Positions 24,780 through 37,474 of a DNA stretch of 64,000 bases are shown here, one piece after another. The notes below the pieces were generated by a model, which was not told the origin of the DNA, did not search any database, and was given only the letters and a program-made list of their open reading frames with translations. The DNA comes from Eukaryota sp. GEM-RC1 (lineage: Eukaryota): assembly GCA_040285855.1 (NCBI GenBank), contig JAUFOQ010000004.1:1054001-1118000 (forward strand), in the 5' to 3' direction. The translations under genes were made by a program, and so were the position numbers. The number at the start of each line of letters is the position of its first letter. The stretch's first letter is position 1.

Positions 24780-25950
24780 TTTTTTATTCAGTACCCAATA
24801 AGGTAACCTTCCTACATAACTACTAGTATGAAATTGTAAAAACAAATAAATACTACTAAGATTCAATCCAAACGACTTCATCACCACCTGGTAAAAGATT
24901 ACATTTTTCAACATTAACCTTCACACCAAAGTGTACAATTTCTCAATTAATCGAGAGAAATAGACAGCCACATTCCGATATATGGAAAACACTATACGGT
25001 TTTTCCATTCAGCCATTCTACACTTACACTTCTTTTCTTTACACAGTTCTTCGAAATCCTTGAAAAATTGATCACCAGCAGGACTATTAGGTCCAAAAAG
25101 AAGAACAGCAAAAGGTTGAACCACAAATTTGGAATATTAGTTTTGATTTAATTCTTCAACTTAACAGTCATACTGAGAGTGTTTGAGCTTTTCTGCAGCT
25201 GTTAACGGATTAAAAGAAGAATCTAATATCCTACTAACACAAGATGTGTTAAAAACATCTACTGTAGTAAAATCCATTAATGATTGACTGGATTTAAGCC
25301 ACGGAGTATGGAGATCCCCTCTTTGTTGATCAGTATACTCATTTTCTGAAAGATGATTCAAAACTGGTTCAACCTTAGAGTGAAAACCACGTGCTTTAAA
25401 CATGGAATAAGAGGACGCACGTACCACATCATAAATTACTGCACGTAGATGAATAAAATAACGACAATTAATTAAATGCAAGAGCCACAACAACAAGTTT
25501 AATAGTTTAATAAATTTGCAGGCCAAATAGCCAAACGCAGACGCATATTGATCATCCAAGCTTCACCAGATAGATGTAATCCAAACACCTTAGGAATTTG
25601 AGAAATAAATCCAGAAGGTCCACTATTACAAAGGTCCGTTAAAAAAAGCAGCGAACTCGTGACTATTAGTTTTAGCCAAGCTAATACGATTATTAAAGTC
25701 CAAGAGCTCAAACTCCTTTGTCAATGTATTTTGCAGTTTACATACAGCAGATGGTAGAGATGAAATATTCTTTAAAGGAGTCTCCTTCAAATGAGCAGGG
25801 AACAAAGATTCCCACATTTCAGGAGACAAGGATGATACCAAATCTTTAGCAGATTGAATCCAATAACAATTACTGGAATTCAACAGATAAAGTAGAAGAA
25901 GTAGAAGAATATGATATAAACTAAATACCAACATATCCATTGTTTTAGGG
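24780..25950 (-). mobile_element. Longest copy of the RLE-type non-LTR retrotransposon 3' region (decayed)
   Basis: GFISQIPKVFGLHLS, zinc-knuckle remnant, SKVEP, RGDLHTPW..MDFTTVD (RLE PD..D-like), PFAVLLFG; 3' UTR shared with the other copies and ending AATAAA. Confidence 0.8.
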
Positions 25951-25961
25951 TCTGCTGCAAC

Positions 25962-26619
25962 CAGGGCTCCTCATAAATAAATATAAATTCTATTTATTTC
26001 TATTTATTTCTATTTATATTTATTTTTGAGACTTTTTGGCGATCATGCAAATAAAAGAAAATAAAACAAAATATAAATAAATATAAATAAAATGCTGCAA
26101 AGTAAACTTCATTGATCTGTATCGTGCAAGAGTTAATTTAGTACTCAAGGTTGTTGATTGACTTGAAACATGATGTGTGAACATAATCAAGCGCAGCCAA
26201 AAATGAAAGTTGAGACATTTTGCCTCAAACTTTGCCATTTCTATGTCGATCCTAACAGATGCAGTCGAGCCTTTACCTGTGTTCTAAGCCAATCCAACGA
26301 CTATAACCGGGAGTGAACGATTCTCATAGTCGTTCACGATGCTGATTATTGAACTAATGTTGAGAATCCACAGATGTCTATGGAATGACGACACAGTTAG
26401 AGCTCATATATGAAGCAGAAAATTCAACTAACCTACTTCGACAAGAAAGTGATGATCAAATGGATTGTGTATTCATCGAAAGTGACTCAGATTAGATGTA
26501 CTAATAAAATATTTTATTTTCATATGGATTTTATTGTGTTTTAATTATATTTATTTCACATTTATTTTTGACACTTTTGGATGTTCAAATTATTTTAAAT
26601 TATCTTATGAGAGGGCCTG
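25962..26619. mobile_element. Non-autonomous hAT-type element, family B copy 1
   Basis: Imperfect TIR CAGGGCTCCTCATAA / TTATGAGAGGGCCTG; 8-bp TSD GCTGCAAC at 25954-25961 and 26620-26627; homologous to 36432-37474. Confidence 0.9.
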
Positions 26620-27309
26620 GCTGCAACCGTTAATAATCTTGTTGACAAGATAACTGTTACAAAATACCCACACGCTGGATTATTACCACCTTTGAAGGTA
26701 CTGTTTAATCAAAATTTTGTTAGTTGACTACTACTACTGTGATATTCGTTTACGAACATCTCAAGAAGTACTTTGTTGATACTTGACAAGTAAGCTACTT
26801 TTACAAAGAGTTTTGCAACATTGATTATATTATTTATAGAGTCTGTCTGAATTGACAACTTACTGCACAACCTTGGCTAAAAACGTCATGTAACATCATG
26901 TGACAGAATCAATTTAGCTTAATGTAGTTTACAAAGATGACTTAAAAGCGTACAACATGGATATTGTAAAACACACTAAAATTTGATTTTATCTAAAATA
27001 CACTAAAACACAAAATGGAGTGTCTGACAAATACATTGTAATCGATATAAAAAAAGGCTCTGGTGTAGAAGATCATGGCTTAGTTCATCACTTCATAATG
27101 AGTAGTAGATGACCTCCATAACGCACATGTGGACAGGAAAGGAGAATGAAGAGGCGAAAGTGTGTAGAAAACTGTCCGTGACAATGGTAATCATCAACTA
27201 TCATTACCAATGATGCAATGAGGTTTCGAGGTCACCATTTTGCTTGGAAACAAGAATGAAAAACACTCAGTTCAATAGGAAACATCATACAAACAGTCTG
27301 TCATTTCCT

Positions 27310-30300
27310 ATGAGTCAAGCCTCTGGTTCAACCACTAGGTTAGCCGCCGAAGATTCCAAGGGTCGCCAATCATGGGTTCAACGTTTGCTCTTCGGGGTAG
27401 CATCTCTTCATGGTTCTGTGAAGAAACCTCATAATGTCTGGTCTTACGTGCTGTTATTTGTCCAGTTTATCCAAATACTGGGGTTCGTTCTCCGTGAGAC
27501 CGTGTTTCATGAAGTGTTTGATCTAGAACCTATCCTTACATACGCATCCTTCCCTTCTACAGCGCCTGGACAGCGCTGTCAGGTCCTGCTCTTCTGCTCT
27601 CGCTCTTTGCCGCTCTGATTTTGATTTCGATTCTTTTGATTGTAATTTGCACATGCCCCAACATCAATTCCCATGTCCTCCTCTCCCTTCGATCTTCTCT
27701 TGAGCTTCTTGTCACTGTTCTCTACATTCCCTTGTTTTCCTACTTCCTCTCTTTCGTTCCTTGTGGCCGATCTTTTGACCCTACTGGTATCACTTTCGAA
27801 GAAGGCGTCGCTGGAAACTGCTCCTCCTCTATGTCTCTCCTCTACAGATCTGTTGGTCTTCTTGGTGCTGTCATCTTGTTCTGTCTCGCTCTGCTATGGA
27901 CTGTTTACTACGACAACTCGCCCACATCTAAGAGATGCTTTGCTCGATCTCATAACCGTTTCTGCTTCTGGTATTTGATGTCCATCACCTACATTTTGGT
28001 TATCTTCTTCATCTTTCACAGTAGATTTTGGCTCTGTAGAGTTTCCTATCTCTTGGTTCCCCTCTTTCTCTCTTACAAACTCTACTTCTACGTCTCCTTC
28101 TACAAAAGAGCGGCAAATACTTTACACATGTCTATGTTAGGTATTTGGGTTGGCACTGCGATTGGATTTATCATCAACTCTTTGATCAAAATAGATTATT
28201 TTGAGGAAGATGTCTTTCACTCAATGGTATATTTTCCTTTGTTTGTTGTTTTTGGCGGAATTTGGTATTTAATCATGAGTATTCGTATCAAGAGAATCTT
28301 TACCAAAGTTTTCTCTATTAATGCAGAACTACTTGAAAACGGTTTAATTGTCGAAGGATCTCCAAGTGATGAAATTGACACCTATGATTTCTCTCCCCAT
28401 ATGTCCAAATTATTCAAAAATGTCTACTATTTTGACCTGCTATCACGTGCTCTTCAGCCTCTACCTTTGGGTAACCCTCTTGTTCTCACTGTTAAATCTC
28501 TGTATTCTTTCGGAGAACGTTGGTTTTCCGGTGATGTCATGTATTTATGTTTAAAATTGTTATTTGAAATTCATGTTCTTAAGGATCCTATTAGTGCAAC
28601 AGTAACTATAAGTACCATCAATACTCTGTATATTGACTGTAAACCTGACGAATCTATCATCATTTGGCGTGCAATTCAACAACTTGAAGCCCTCAGAAGA
28701 CAACAATCAACTGGTCATGACGTCGACACTTCCTCTTTTGTTCTGTTTCAGCGTCAACAAACTCATCTAGCTGAACTTCATCGTGATTGTCTTGATGGAT
28801 TATACGCTTTTTGGACTGTGCTTTCAAAACCTAAAGTTGACTTAACTTTACTACCTTCAATTCTAGGAATAGTTTCTAAAAGTAAACAAACAATTGTTTC
28901 CAGCTTTACTCAATTACTTCGTCAGCATGGAAATCAACAATCACTACTCACTTCTTATGCTGCTTATGTTAGAGAAGTTGAATGTGATGAAGAACGTGCT
29001 ATTGCTCTAGATGAACAAGCTGAGTTGCTTTCTGCTAGTGAAAGAAATTCAAGTCAAGGAGCCAGTTCATATGCTGGATCGTTTACTATTTCAAAATCTG
29101 GAAAGAAGAAGAAAACAAAAAGAAGTTCAAAGTTTAACCTCGACTCAATGACAACTTCTGGTGGTCAAGAATCTAAAAGGAGTGCCATTGTTGTCCTTCA
29201 ATTATCAGTAATTGTTGCTTTCATAATCATGACTCTCATTGCTGCTGCTTCTTTTCTTCTATCCGCTAATGTTCTGGCTTCTGCTTCAGATCGAATTGAC
29301 CAATTATATGAACTTTCCCATGTTCATTCTGTTTCTGAGTTGATTGGATTAACAGCTGGGCGTGTTTTTTTAAATTTGAATGGTCAAATCACTGAGAATT
29401 TCGCTAATGTCCTAATTAAAGAATCTGAGCATTTAACTTTCCATTTGAGAAGATTATCTTTAATCCACCCTTTAGATGACGATTACACTGAAATTCCATG
29501 TCCAAGATCCAATAACAGGTCAATCAAACCTCCTTCCAGTGACTTACAAACAGAGATGCGCTTACTACGATTCCCAGTCATTCTGGTCAATAACTTTGTC
29601 CCTCCTTTGGAAGAAGCTAGAGTGCTTTCTGCCTGGACATTGGGACTTGCACAAGCTTTATATAGTACCAGAGCTGGTACAATATTGGATTCTGGTACCT
29701 CTTTGACTTTTGAACATTTAACCAGTATTAGAGGAAGTTTGAATGGATTCTCTAACGCCCTTGACAATATCTATGAGTGGTTAGTTTCTGATTCTGACTC
29801 TTTTTTCAGTCTTTCATTCGCCATTCAAATTTTAATGAACATTTTAATTTCAGTTGTCATTTTAGTTATTGGTTTTGTACTGTTCGCTAAATCATTTTCC
29901 AAAATCATTGACCAACGAATTGCCATTTTGAACTTGTTTTTGTATATTCCACAAACGGAAATTCAAAAATTAATGAATGATCCAAAATTTGATTATATGA
30001 GGAAGAAAAAAAGTAAAGCCACGTCATCTTTTTCCGTGACTGCTTCTTCTGATGAAGATTCAGATACTGAAGTTTCTCGTAAACCCAAGTCATTAAAAGT
30101 GAATGAGGATGTTTTGTTTGAATTACAAGAGGCCAATTCCTCAGAAGAGAAAGACAAAAACACGTTCCAATTCCATTTCTAGTCAATATTTTAATTATTG
30201 CTTTAACGATTATCTGTCTTGCTATTGGAGGTGTATCAATTTTTCTCTTATTAAACATTACAAATAGCAACGATGAAGTTAATTCTCAATTCCATGTAGC

Positions 30301-32544
30301 ACTCGATGCAAGAAATACTGCTGCTGACGTGACCTTGATTGACCATGACGTGTCTGCTGCAATGCAGTTATTTACTGCTTTTGGTGACGATCAATTTCTC
30401 TTACAATATTTTGATTTAATTCATTCTGGGAGACGACAACGAGCTCTAACTAGTTTTCTTTCTCTAGAGTTGACTGAAGATCAGTTATTGTCCATTTCTC
30501 AGGTTGGTACTTATGCAAATGCGATTAGAAGGCTAGAATTCATTTCTGGACGGTTAATCTGCTCTGTTTTTGATGTTGATGAATCTCTGTGCTCAAGATT
30601 TAATGATTTTAATTATGACGCTCAATTAGAAACTAACTATTTCCGAGACAAATTAGAATATGACGATGTTTTCTGGTATTCTACTTTAGAACAAGACCTT
30701 GAGAGATCAGTGGACGATCGTTTGAATATAGCTAGGAATGCCCAATACAATTCACGGTTAGCTGCAGTTTTCCTCTCTCTATTGTTTACACTTGAAGGTA
30801 CTGCTATTGCCATTGTAGACTCTTTGTTTGATTCTATTAATGAGATTTATAATGGTGTTAGTTCCGAGTTCCTTTTTTTCTGGTCAGCTATTATAAGTAT
30901 CACAATCATTATTTTAATTATAAGTGTTATTTGAGTCTTGAATCGAAAACGTTTACGTGTAGCGGGATTCTTTTGTACATCTTTGTTGCATTATTTGTAG
31001 TTCTCATTGCATCATCTGTTTACTTCTCCACTACTGCAGAATCTGTCTTTGTTCATGATATTTCTCCACTTATTATTGAATCTCGACGAGTTTTTGACAT
31101 GGTTGTCGCTGTGGAGTGGCAATTTAACTTTCTACGAAGAAGATTTGATCAATTGACATTTTCAAATACCTTTGAACATTTTGTGTCAGCTCAGGAGTCG
31201 TACCAAAATTTACGTCAACATGTTGAATCATTTGACTCTAGCTTTGTCTCTCATCCAGCATTGATACAAGCTATTGATTCCATCAACCATCAATTGGATT
31301 TGATTGAGGATAGTTTAATGGAGTATATCCAGCGTGTACAAATCATTTCTAAATGGGCCACGTATCACCTTCCTGAATATGAGTTATCAACTTTAGTTAA
31401 TATTACTTGGGATATTGACCAATTACCATTAAATGAACGAAACACTTGGGTTTTGCCCCATGGATATAGTCTCAGCAATTCAGAAACAGATTTGTCAAAA
31501 GATGTCGAATATTTAAAAAATGCTTCCAGGGCTATCCTTACTTCTAAATATTTCTACTCATTAACTAGAGATGTAGTTGAATCCTTTGCAGAAATCCGTC
31601 GATCTACTACCATTACTTTACTTAATGTTGTTGACCCATTTGATACGAAACTTGTGAATAATTTAGAAATAACAGTATATTTGATTGTTGGTTTGCTTGT
31701 TTCTACTGTATTGTGCTGTTTCTTTATCGTGTTATCTGGACTTAAGCAAAAGTTAAAAGCTTCACATGTCAAGCAAAAGATTTCTTTTCCAGTCATGGTT
31801 AATTACACCAAACAGTATGTAGTTTCACTTTCAATTTTATTCATTGTTCTGTCAATGTTTTATTTTGGTTCTCTCATTGGTTTTACTCAACTTCGATCTT
31901 TACCCAGATTAATTCAAGATTATGGCACTAGATCAGCTCTAATCACGCGATCTACAAATGATGTTGTTTCTGCATTAATAGATTCAGAACAACAGGTTCA
32001 TTATTTAAACAATGCCAAAATTTCCCTTCATAGTCTCACACGACTTCACCACGCTTTGGTCGTAAATCATATTGATGATGATTTCAAACAAACAGAATTG
32101 CTTTTTGACAGTAAATTTATCAAGAACTCTAAAGCTATCACCTCTGTGGATGAGAATCATGGCCTTCACAGTTTTTTAATTAATTATATTAATTTCGCCG
32201 AATTGTTCGCCACTCAAGATATTTCAATAGATTATTCAAATTCTAGCCCGGATTTGGCAAATCTTTTGGTTCATTTTGATACTCTTTATGAAATGTCGTT
32301 GGAAGCTATCGATAACATTCACAGTTACTCTATTAAACAAATCGACTTCTTTTCCACTTATATTATGGTCGTTTTTATTGCTTTTATTGTAGTTCTCACA
32401 ACTTCTTATGTTTTCGTATTTCGTACAATGTTGAAAGATTTAAAAGAAGAAGAGGTTTTAACCTTGGAGTTCTTGGAAATGATTCCTGAAGGTATTATGT
32501 CTAAGATAAGTGGGATTCAAAGCTTCCTTGCCACGATTCAATGA
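27310..32544 (+). CDS. Very large polytopic membrane protein, TmcB/TmcC (tiny macrocysts)-like, with three frameshifts
   Basis: N-terminal multi-TM region, helical region (LYAFWTVL...SYAAYVREVECDEERA), repeated TM-loop-TM modules ending LNLFLYIPQTEI and LEFLEMIPEGI. ORFs 27244-27618, 27621-30182, 30329-30934 and 30931-32544. Confidence 0.7.
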
Positions 32545-32769
32545 TTGGATTGTAATAGATTTAATTTGTAAATAATATTTGGTGTTAAATAAATACCAAT
32601 AATAGTGTTGAAAAGTGTTTATGACATCCGCGTTGGAGACGACAAGTTTCTAATGATGACAGTACCTTGTTTTAAAATTTAAAATTAAATAAAAACGGGA
32701 TTTAAATGAATAGTTGCAACAAACATTGAGGAATTTGCCTCACTATTCCAGTACAATGTTCAAATTGGA

Positions 32770-33095
32770 TTTCAGAAAAAGCCAAACAGGATAAGTCTAA
32801 GAAACCAATGATGGCTCTAAAACATGTTGAATACGAATTTGTGCCCTTTTGCTGTTTCCAATTTATGGACGTTTAGAAGAAAGTGCATTGAATTTGTTAA
32901 ACAATTTCGGGAAAATAGTTAAAAATAGCATGAGCAAACGTTTTGATTATATGTTATGGTTGAATCGTATCGTTATTACTATTTTTAAAAGAATTCCCCT
33001 ACTCATCTCCAAAGCATTATTAGCTGTGAGTTCCCTTTATGAGGACAAAGCTGTTGTAAGATTTGATAGCGACGGGTGTTGTTTTAATGTTATCA
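32770..33095 (+). mobile_element. Non-LTR retrotransposon 3' relic, second subfamily
   Basis: EFVPF...IYGRLEESALNLL...WLNRIVITIFKRIP, the same RLE C-terminal pattern. Confidence 0.6.
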
Positions 33096-33408
33096 ATGTT
33101 TCAATTTCTGGAGGCATGTCAATTCAATCCATTAGATTGATGTCCGGAAATATTTTCGGTACACAAATAGGCAATGTACACAAAGGTTTCTCCTTAAAGT
33201 CTATGAACACACCTTATACTAACTGCACTGATAGTAACAATGTCTTATCTGATAAAACAAGTTGAACGATGATTGGAAAATGTTGAAAACCACTTCCCCG
33301 CTTCATTAACAATAATTTATGGTTTCTCATTTTCAAAAAGAATTTGTGTAGTTAATAATCTGGTTTTATAGAGTCTTACGTCTGCAAGTAGTTGGATAAA
33401 AATCATAG

Positions 33409-33463
33409 TTATCAATGACTTATTTAATGTTTAACTGTTAAACATTAAATAAGTCATTGATAA
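33409..33463. repeat. Perfect 27-bp inverted repeat with 1-nt spacer
   Basis: TTATCAATGACTTATTTAATGTTTAAC-T-GTTAAACATTAAATAAGTCATTGATAA. Confidence 0.95.
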
Positions 33464-33681
33464 ACTTTAACATTAGTTGTAGATATCACACATTATGCAA
33501 CAAGGACAAGATCAAGAATTAACAAAAAGAAGTCAGTAAGAGAACAACATTTTGTCGTTATTAATTTAGTCATAATCAGAGCAACTGTAGCATTACTGAA
33601 TCTCCTGTGACAGTACTCGTTTTCAGATATTTCAGTAAGTTAAGTAATGGAAGAATAGCAGAAGTCAATCAATTTCTTTCA

Positions 33682-34461
33682 ATGTCTCGTCGTCCTTTTT
33701 TTGGTGGAAACTGGAAGGTATTTTTCTCCATCATGCTCTCATTATTAGTGTAATGGAACTGTGGAAAGCGTCGAGAAGCATGTAGCAACTCTTAACAAAG
33801 CTACTCTCGATCCCAATGTTGATATCGTTGTTTGTCCCTCCTATCTTCACATCCACTATACCATGACTAAGATCAAAGATCAGATCAAGGTTGGTGCCCA
33901 AGATTGTTCATTGTACAGTTATGGAGCTTACACTGGAGCCATCAACTCTGAAATGTTGAAGGATTACGGTCTGAGTGGGTGATCGTCGGTCATTCTGAAC
34001 GCCGATCTTACTTTAACGAGACCAACGAAAGTGCAGCTGCCAAGGCTGCTAAAGCTATCGGAGACGGTCTCTCTGTTATCTTCTGCTTTGGTGAATCTTT
34101 GGAAGAGTTCAAGGCAGGAAAGACAAACGAAGTTGTTGAGCAACAACTCGCTCCTCTTTTCGAAAAACTTTCTGTCGAACAATGGGATAAGGTTGTCCTT
34201 GCATATGAGCCTGTCTACGCTATTGGAACTGGCTTAGTCTGTGATACCCAACAAGCTCAATCTACTCACTCTTTCATCAGACAGTTGGTAGGCAAAACTT
34301 CTTCTGATGTTGCAGGTAAAGTGCGTATCATTTATGGTGGATCAGTTAAAGCATCTAACGCTGTAGAACTAGCTTCTCAATCTGATATCGATGGTTTCCT
34401 TGTTGGTGGAGCATCGCTTAAACCTGAATTTGCTGACATCTGCAACTCCAAAAGAGCATAA
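33682..34461 (+). CDS. TPI1: Triosephosphate isomerase (31-nt intron 33718-33748; 1-nt frameshift near 33972)
   Basis: MSRRPFFGGNWK|CNG after splicing; GAYTG, VIVGHSERR, AYEPVYAIGTG, YGGSV, DGFLVGGASL. Confidence 0.97.
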
Positions 34462-35008
34462 GTTGTGATTTTGGTTTTGGAATAAACAATTTATAGCAAT
34501 GTTTCTCTTTCTGTTCAACTAAGATGCAATATTCTGTAGTAATGTAATGTAGTTCATTTGACCATGTTTTGACTCATAAAAAGCTAAAAGTTGAATTTTT
34601 AAATAAATATACAAATATGGTACATGTATAATTCAGAAATCACTACAAACTCAAATATTTTTATCAATTGAGCAACAAGCTAGCATGAACTCTTGAATCT
34701 TTCTTTCAAGAGTGTTGCCTAAAAAACTACAATGTTTTCACAAAAACCGCCTTCAACAAAAAAACGTGTGCAAACTCTTGTGCATTTAAGGCAACTAGTA
34801 TCCAAAATTAAAGCTCAAAGGACAGTAATTCAACTCAGTCTCGTATTCGATCAGAAAACAAAGATGAAAGAAATCTTGTTTCAAGAATAAACGGTCAGGA
34901 AATCAGGGAAAAAATCTCACAAACAAGAGTCCCGTCATCATTTAACAACCAACATTGAGCAAAGAAACTCCAAGAACAAAAGGACAACTCCTCAGTTTTG
35001 AATAATCT

Positions 35009-35704
35009 CTAATCACTCAAATCATACATGGAAATACTCAAATTCTGCCACGAGGACAAATATGAATCAAAGTCCAGGTTCTGAGTCCAATCAACCAGCT
35101 CCTCATCAGAAGAACTCTCCTGACAAGAACTAGGGGGTCTTTTGGATTGAGAGTAAAGCTTTTTCCTCCAGGCTAATCGTTTCTGTTTCTTGAGTTTCTT
35201 GACGTCCTGAACACGTTGGAGCTTAGACCAATGCCATTCAGGAACTTCCTTGGTAGTGCAGAGAGATGAGGGAAGAGTAAGTTGAGAGAACTCCGCTAGA
35301 TCCGCAACACAGCTTTCTCCTACTACTCTCCAAGGATTAAGTTCTTCGTCGTTTCTGTTGTACCATCCGGATTTATCAGCTGTACGAGCAGGAACTTTGG
35401 CTTGATCTGATCGCTGATAATCACGAGGTGCGAAAGAGTTGATATCCGCGATATTTCCATGTGTGTAGACTCGATATAATATGGTGGGAGGAAATGAGAA
35501 GCCAGAGAGGCGGAAACGGACATGACATTGCAAGCTACGATCAAGTATCTTTGCTTCGACGGGGTTGATAGCTCGTAGAATTTTTTGTGGATCATTGGAG
35601 TTAACTTTGCTCAAGAGGTCCTTGTAGAAAGCGAAGATTGTTCTATCGGAGAAGCTTTTCCAACAACGTTGAATGACATCAACCGCTGTGGCAGTGGATA
35701 TCAT
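35009..35704 (-). CDS. C11orf65/MFI-like IQ-motif protein
   Basis: VIQRCWK IQ motif, INPVEAKILD, HVRFRLSGFSFPPTILYRVYTH, FAPRDY, GWYNRN, WTQNLDFDSY. Confidence 0.75.
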   Translation of the reverse strand: MISTATAVDVIQRCWKSFSDRTIFAFYKDLLSKVNSNDPQKILRAINPVEAKILDRSLQCHVRFRLSGFSFPPTILYRVYTHGNIADINSFAPRDYQRSDQAKVPARTADKSGWYNRNDEELNPWRVVGESCVADLAEFSQLTLPSSLCTTKEVPEWHWSKLQRVQDVKKLKKQKRLAWRKKLYSQSKRPPSSCQESSSDEELVDWTQNLDFDSYLSSWQNLSISMYDLSD

Positions 35705-35792
35705 AGTGTTTTGCAGAGCGGCAAAACTTCTTTTGGAGTAAATTTTTCGATAAAAAGCACTGCTACATTGTAGATCATTCTATATATAGACT

Positions 35793-36342
35793 GTTTATTC
35801 GGCACCCAATAAGGTAACCTTCCTACAAACTATGAAGTTGTAAAAACAAACAAATAATACTAAGATTAAATCCAAACGACTTCATCACCACCCGGTAAAA
35901 GATTACGTTTATCAACATTAACCTTCACACCAAACTTGTACAATTTCTCAATTAATCTAGAGAAATAGAAAGGCATATTCCGATATATGGAAAACACTAC
36001 TATACGGTTTTTCCATTCAGCCATTCTAAACTTACGCTTCTTTTCTTTACACAATTCTTCGAAATCCTTGAAAAATTGATCACCAGCAGGACTAATAGAT
36101 CCAAAAAGAGAAACAGCAAAAGGTTGAAACACAAATTTGGAATATGAGTTTCTATTTAATTCTTCTACTTGAGAGTCATACTTGGAGTGTTTGAGCTTTT
36201 CAGCTGCTGTTAATGGACTAAAAGAAGAATCTTATATCCTACTAACACAAGATTTGTTACATACATCTACTGTAGTAAAATGCATTAATGATTGACTCGA
36301 TTTAAGCCACGGAGTATGTATATCCCCTCTTTTTTGATCAGT
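35793..36342 (-). mobile_element. 5'-truncated RLE-type non-LTR retrotransposon copy
   Basis: Nearly identical to 10750-11170 in reverse orientation, including the 3' UTR ...GGGTGCCGAATAAACA. Confidence 0.85.
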
Positions 36343-36431
36343 AAATTAATTTTCATAAAAGCCACTACTGTATTACCATCCATTGTAGTTGTAAAATACC
36401 AGTGATGTATGAAAAACAGCGTACCGTACAC

Positions 36432-37474
36432 AAGGGCTCCTCATAGTAAATATAATTTCTATTTATTTACATATATTTCTATTGAATGATTCAAATGGTC
36501 ATCTGGAAAAGGCTCAACAGCGATAGTGTTCAAATTATGCGGATGCTTTGCAGAAGCTTAATGAAAATCTATATTCTAAGTTTTCATTTGTTCCATTTTC
36601 AATTTCAATTTTTGGTAATATTGGTCCAGCCGGTTTAAAGTTTTTCAGAGATTTTAGTCTTTTATGTCGTTCTAATGGCAAGGTGTTTAAAAGTGCTGTA
36701 TGTATTAATCGAATTATGTTTGCTCTTTATAGAAGCATTCCCAAGTAATTAAGTTCCATTTATTCGAAGTTGCATAGGGACAATGTTGATGTGTAGAATT
36801 TAACTTCTTTCATTTTCTGAATTAGTATGTATTAATTTATTGTTGCAAATAAACTCTAACATATATTTCTATTTCTGTTTATTTTTGACACTTTTTCATG
36901 ATCATGCAAATAAAACAAACTAAAACAATATATATAATTATAATTAAAATGTCGGAAAGTAAACCCCATTGATCTATATAATACATCGGTTAATTTAGTG
37001 CTCAAGGTTGTTGATTGACTTGAAACATGATGTGTGAAATAGTCAAGCTCAGCCCAGAATCAAAGTCAAGTCATTTTTCCTCAAACTTTGCCATTTCAAT
37101 GTCGAACCTAACCGACACAGACGAGCCTTTACCTGTGTTCTAAGCCAATCCTACAACTATATCCAGCCATATGATCAGTGAACGATTCTCATGGTCGTCC
37201 ACGATGCTGAATATTGAACTAATGTTCAAGAACCACACGTGGTGGCGACACAGTCAGAGCACTTATACGAAGCAGTAAGTCAACTAACCTTTTTCGACAA
37301 GAAATGGATGATCAAATGGTTTGTGTAATCATCGATAGTGACCGAGAGAAACTGTACTAATAGAATATTTTGTTGTTATTTGGGTTTTATTTGGGTTTTA
37401 TTATATTTATTTCACATTTATTTTTGGCACTTTTGATATTCAAATTATTTTAAATTATCTTATGAGAGGGCCTG
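36432..37474. mobile_element. Non-autonomous hAT-type element, family B copy 2
   Basis: Ends AAGGGCTCCTCATA / TATGAGAGGGCCTG; 8-bp TSD CCGTACAC at 36424-36431 and 37475-37482. Confidence 0.9.
36484..36858 (+). mobile_element. 5'-truncated non-LTR retrotransposon (third subfamily) inside the family B element
   Basis: YSKFSFVPFSISIFGNIGPAG...NRIMFALYRSIP; ends AATAAACTCTA; 15-bp TSD ACATATATTTCTATT (36469-36483 and 36859-36873); absent from family B copy 1. Confidence 0.85.
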
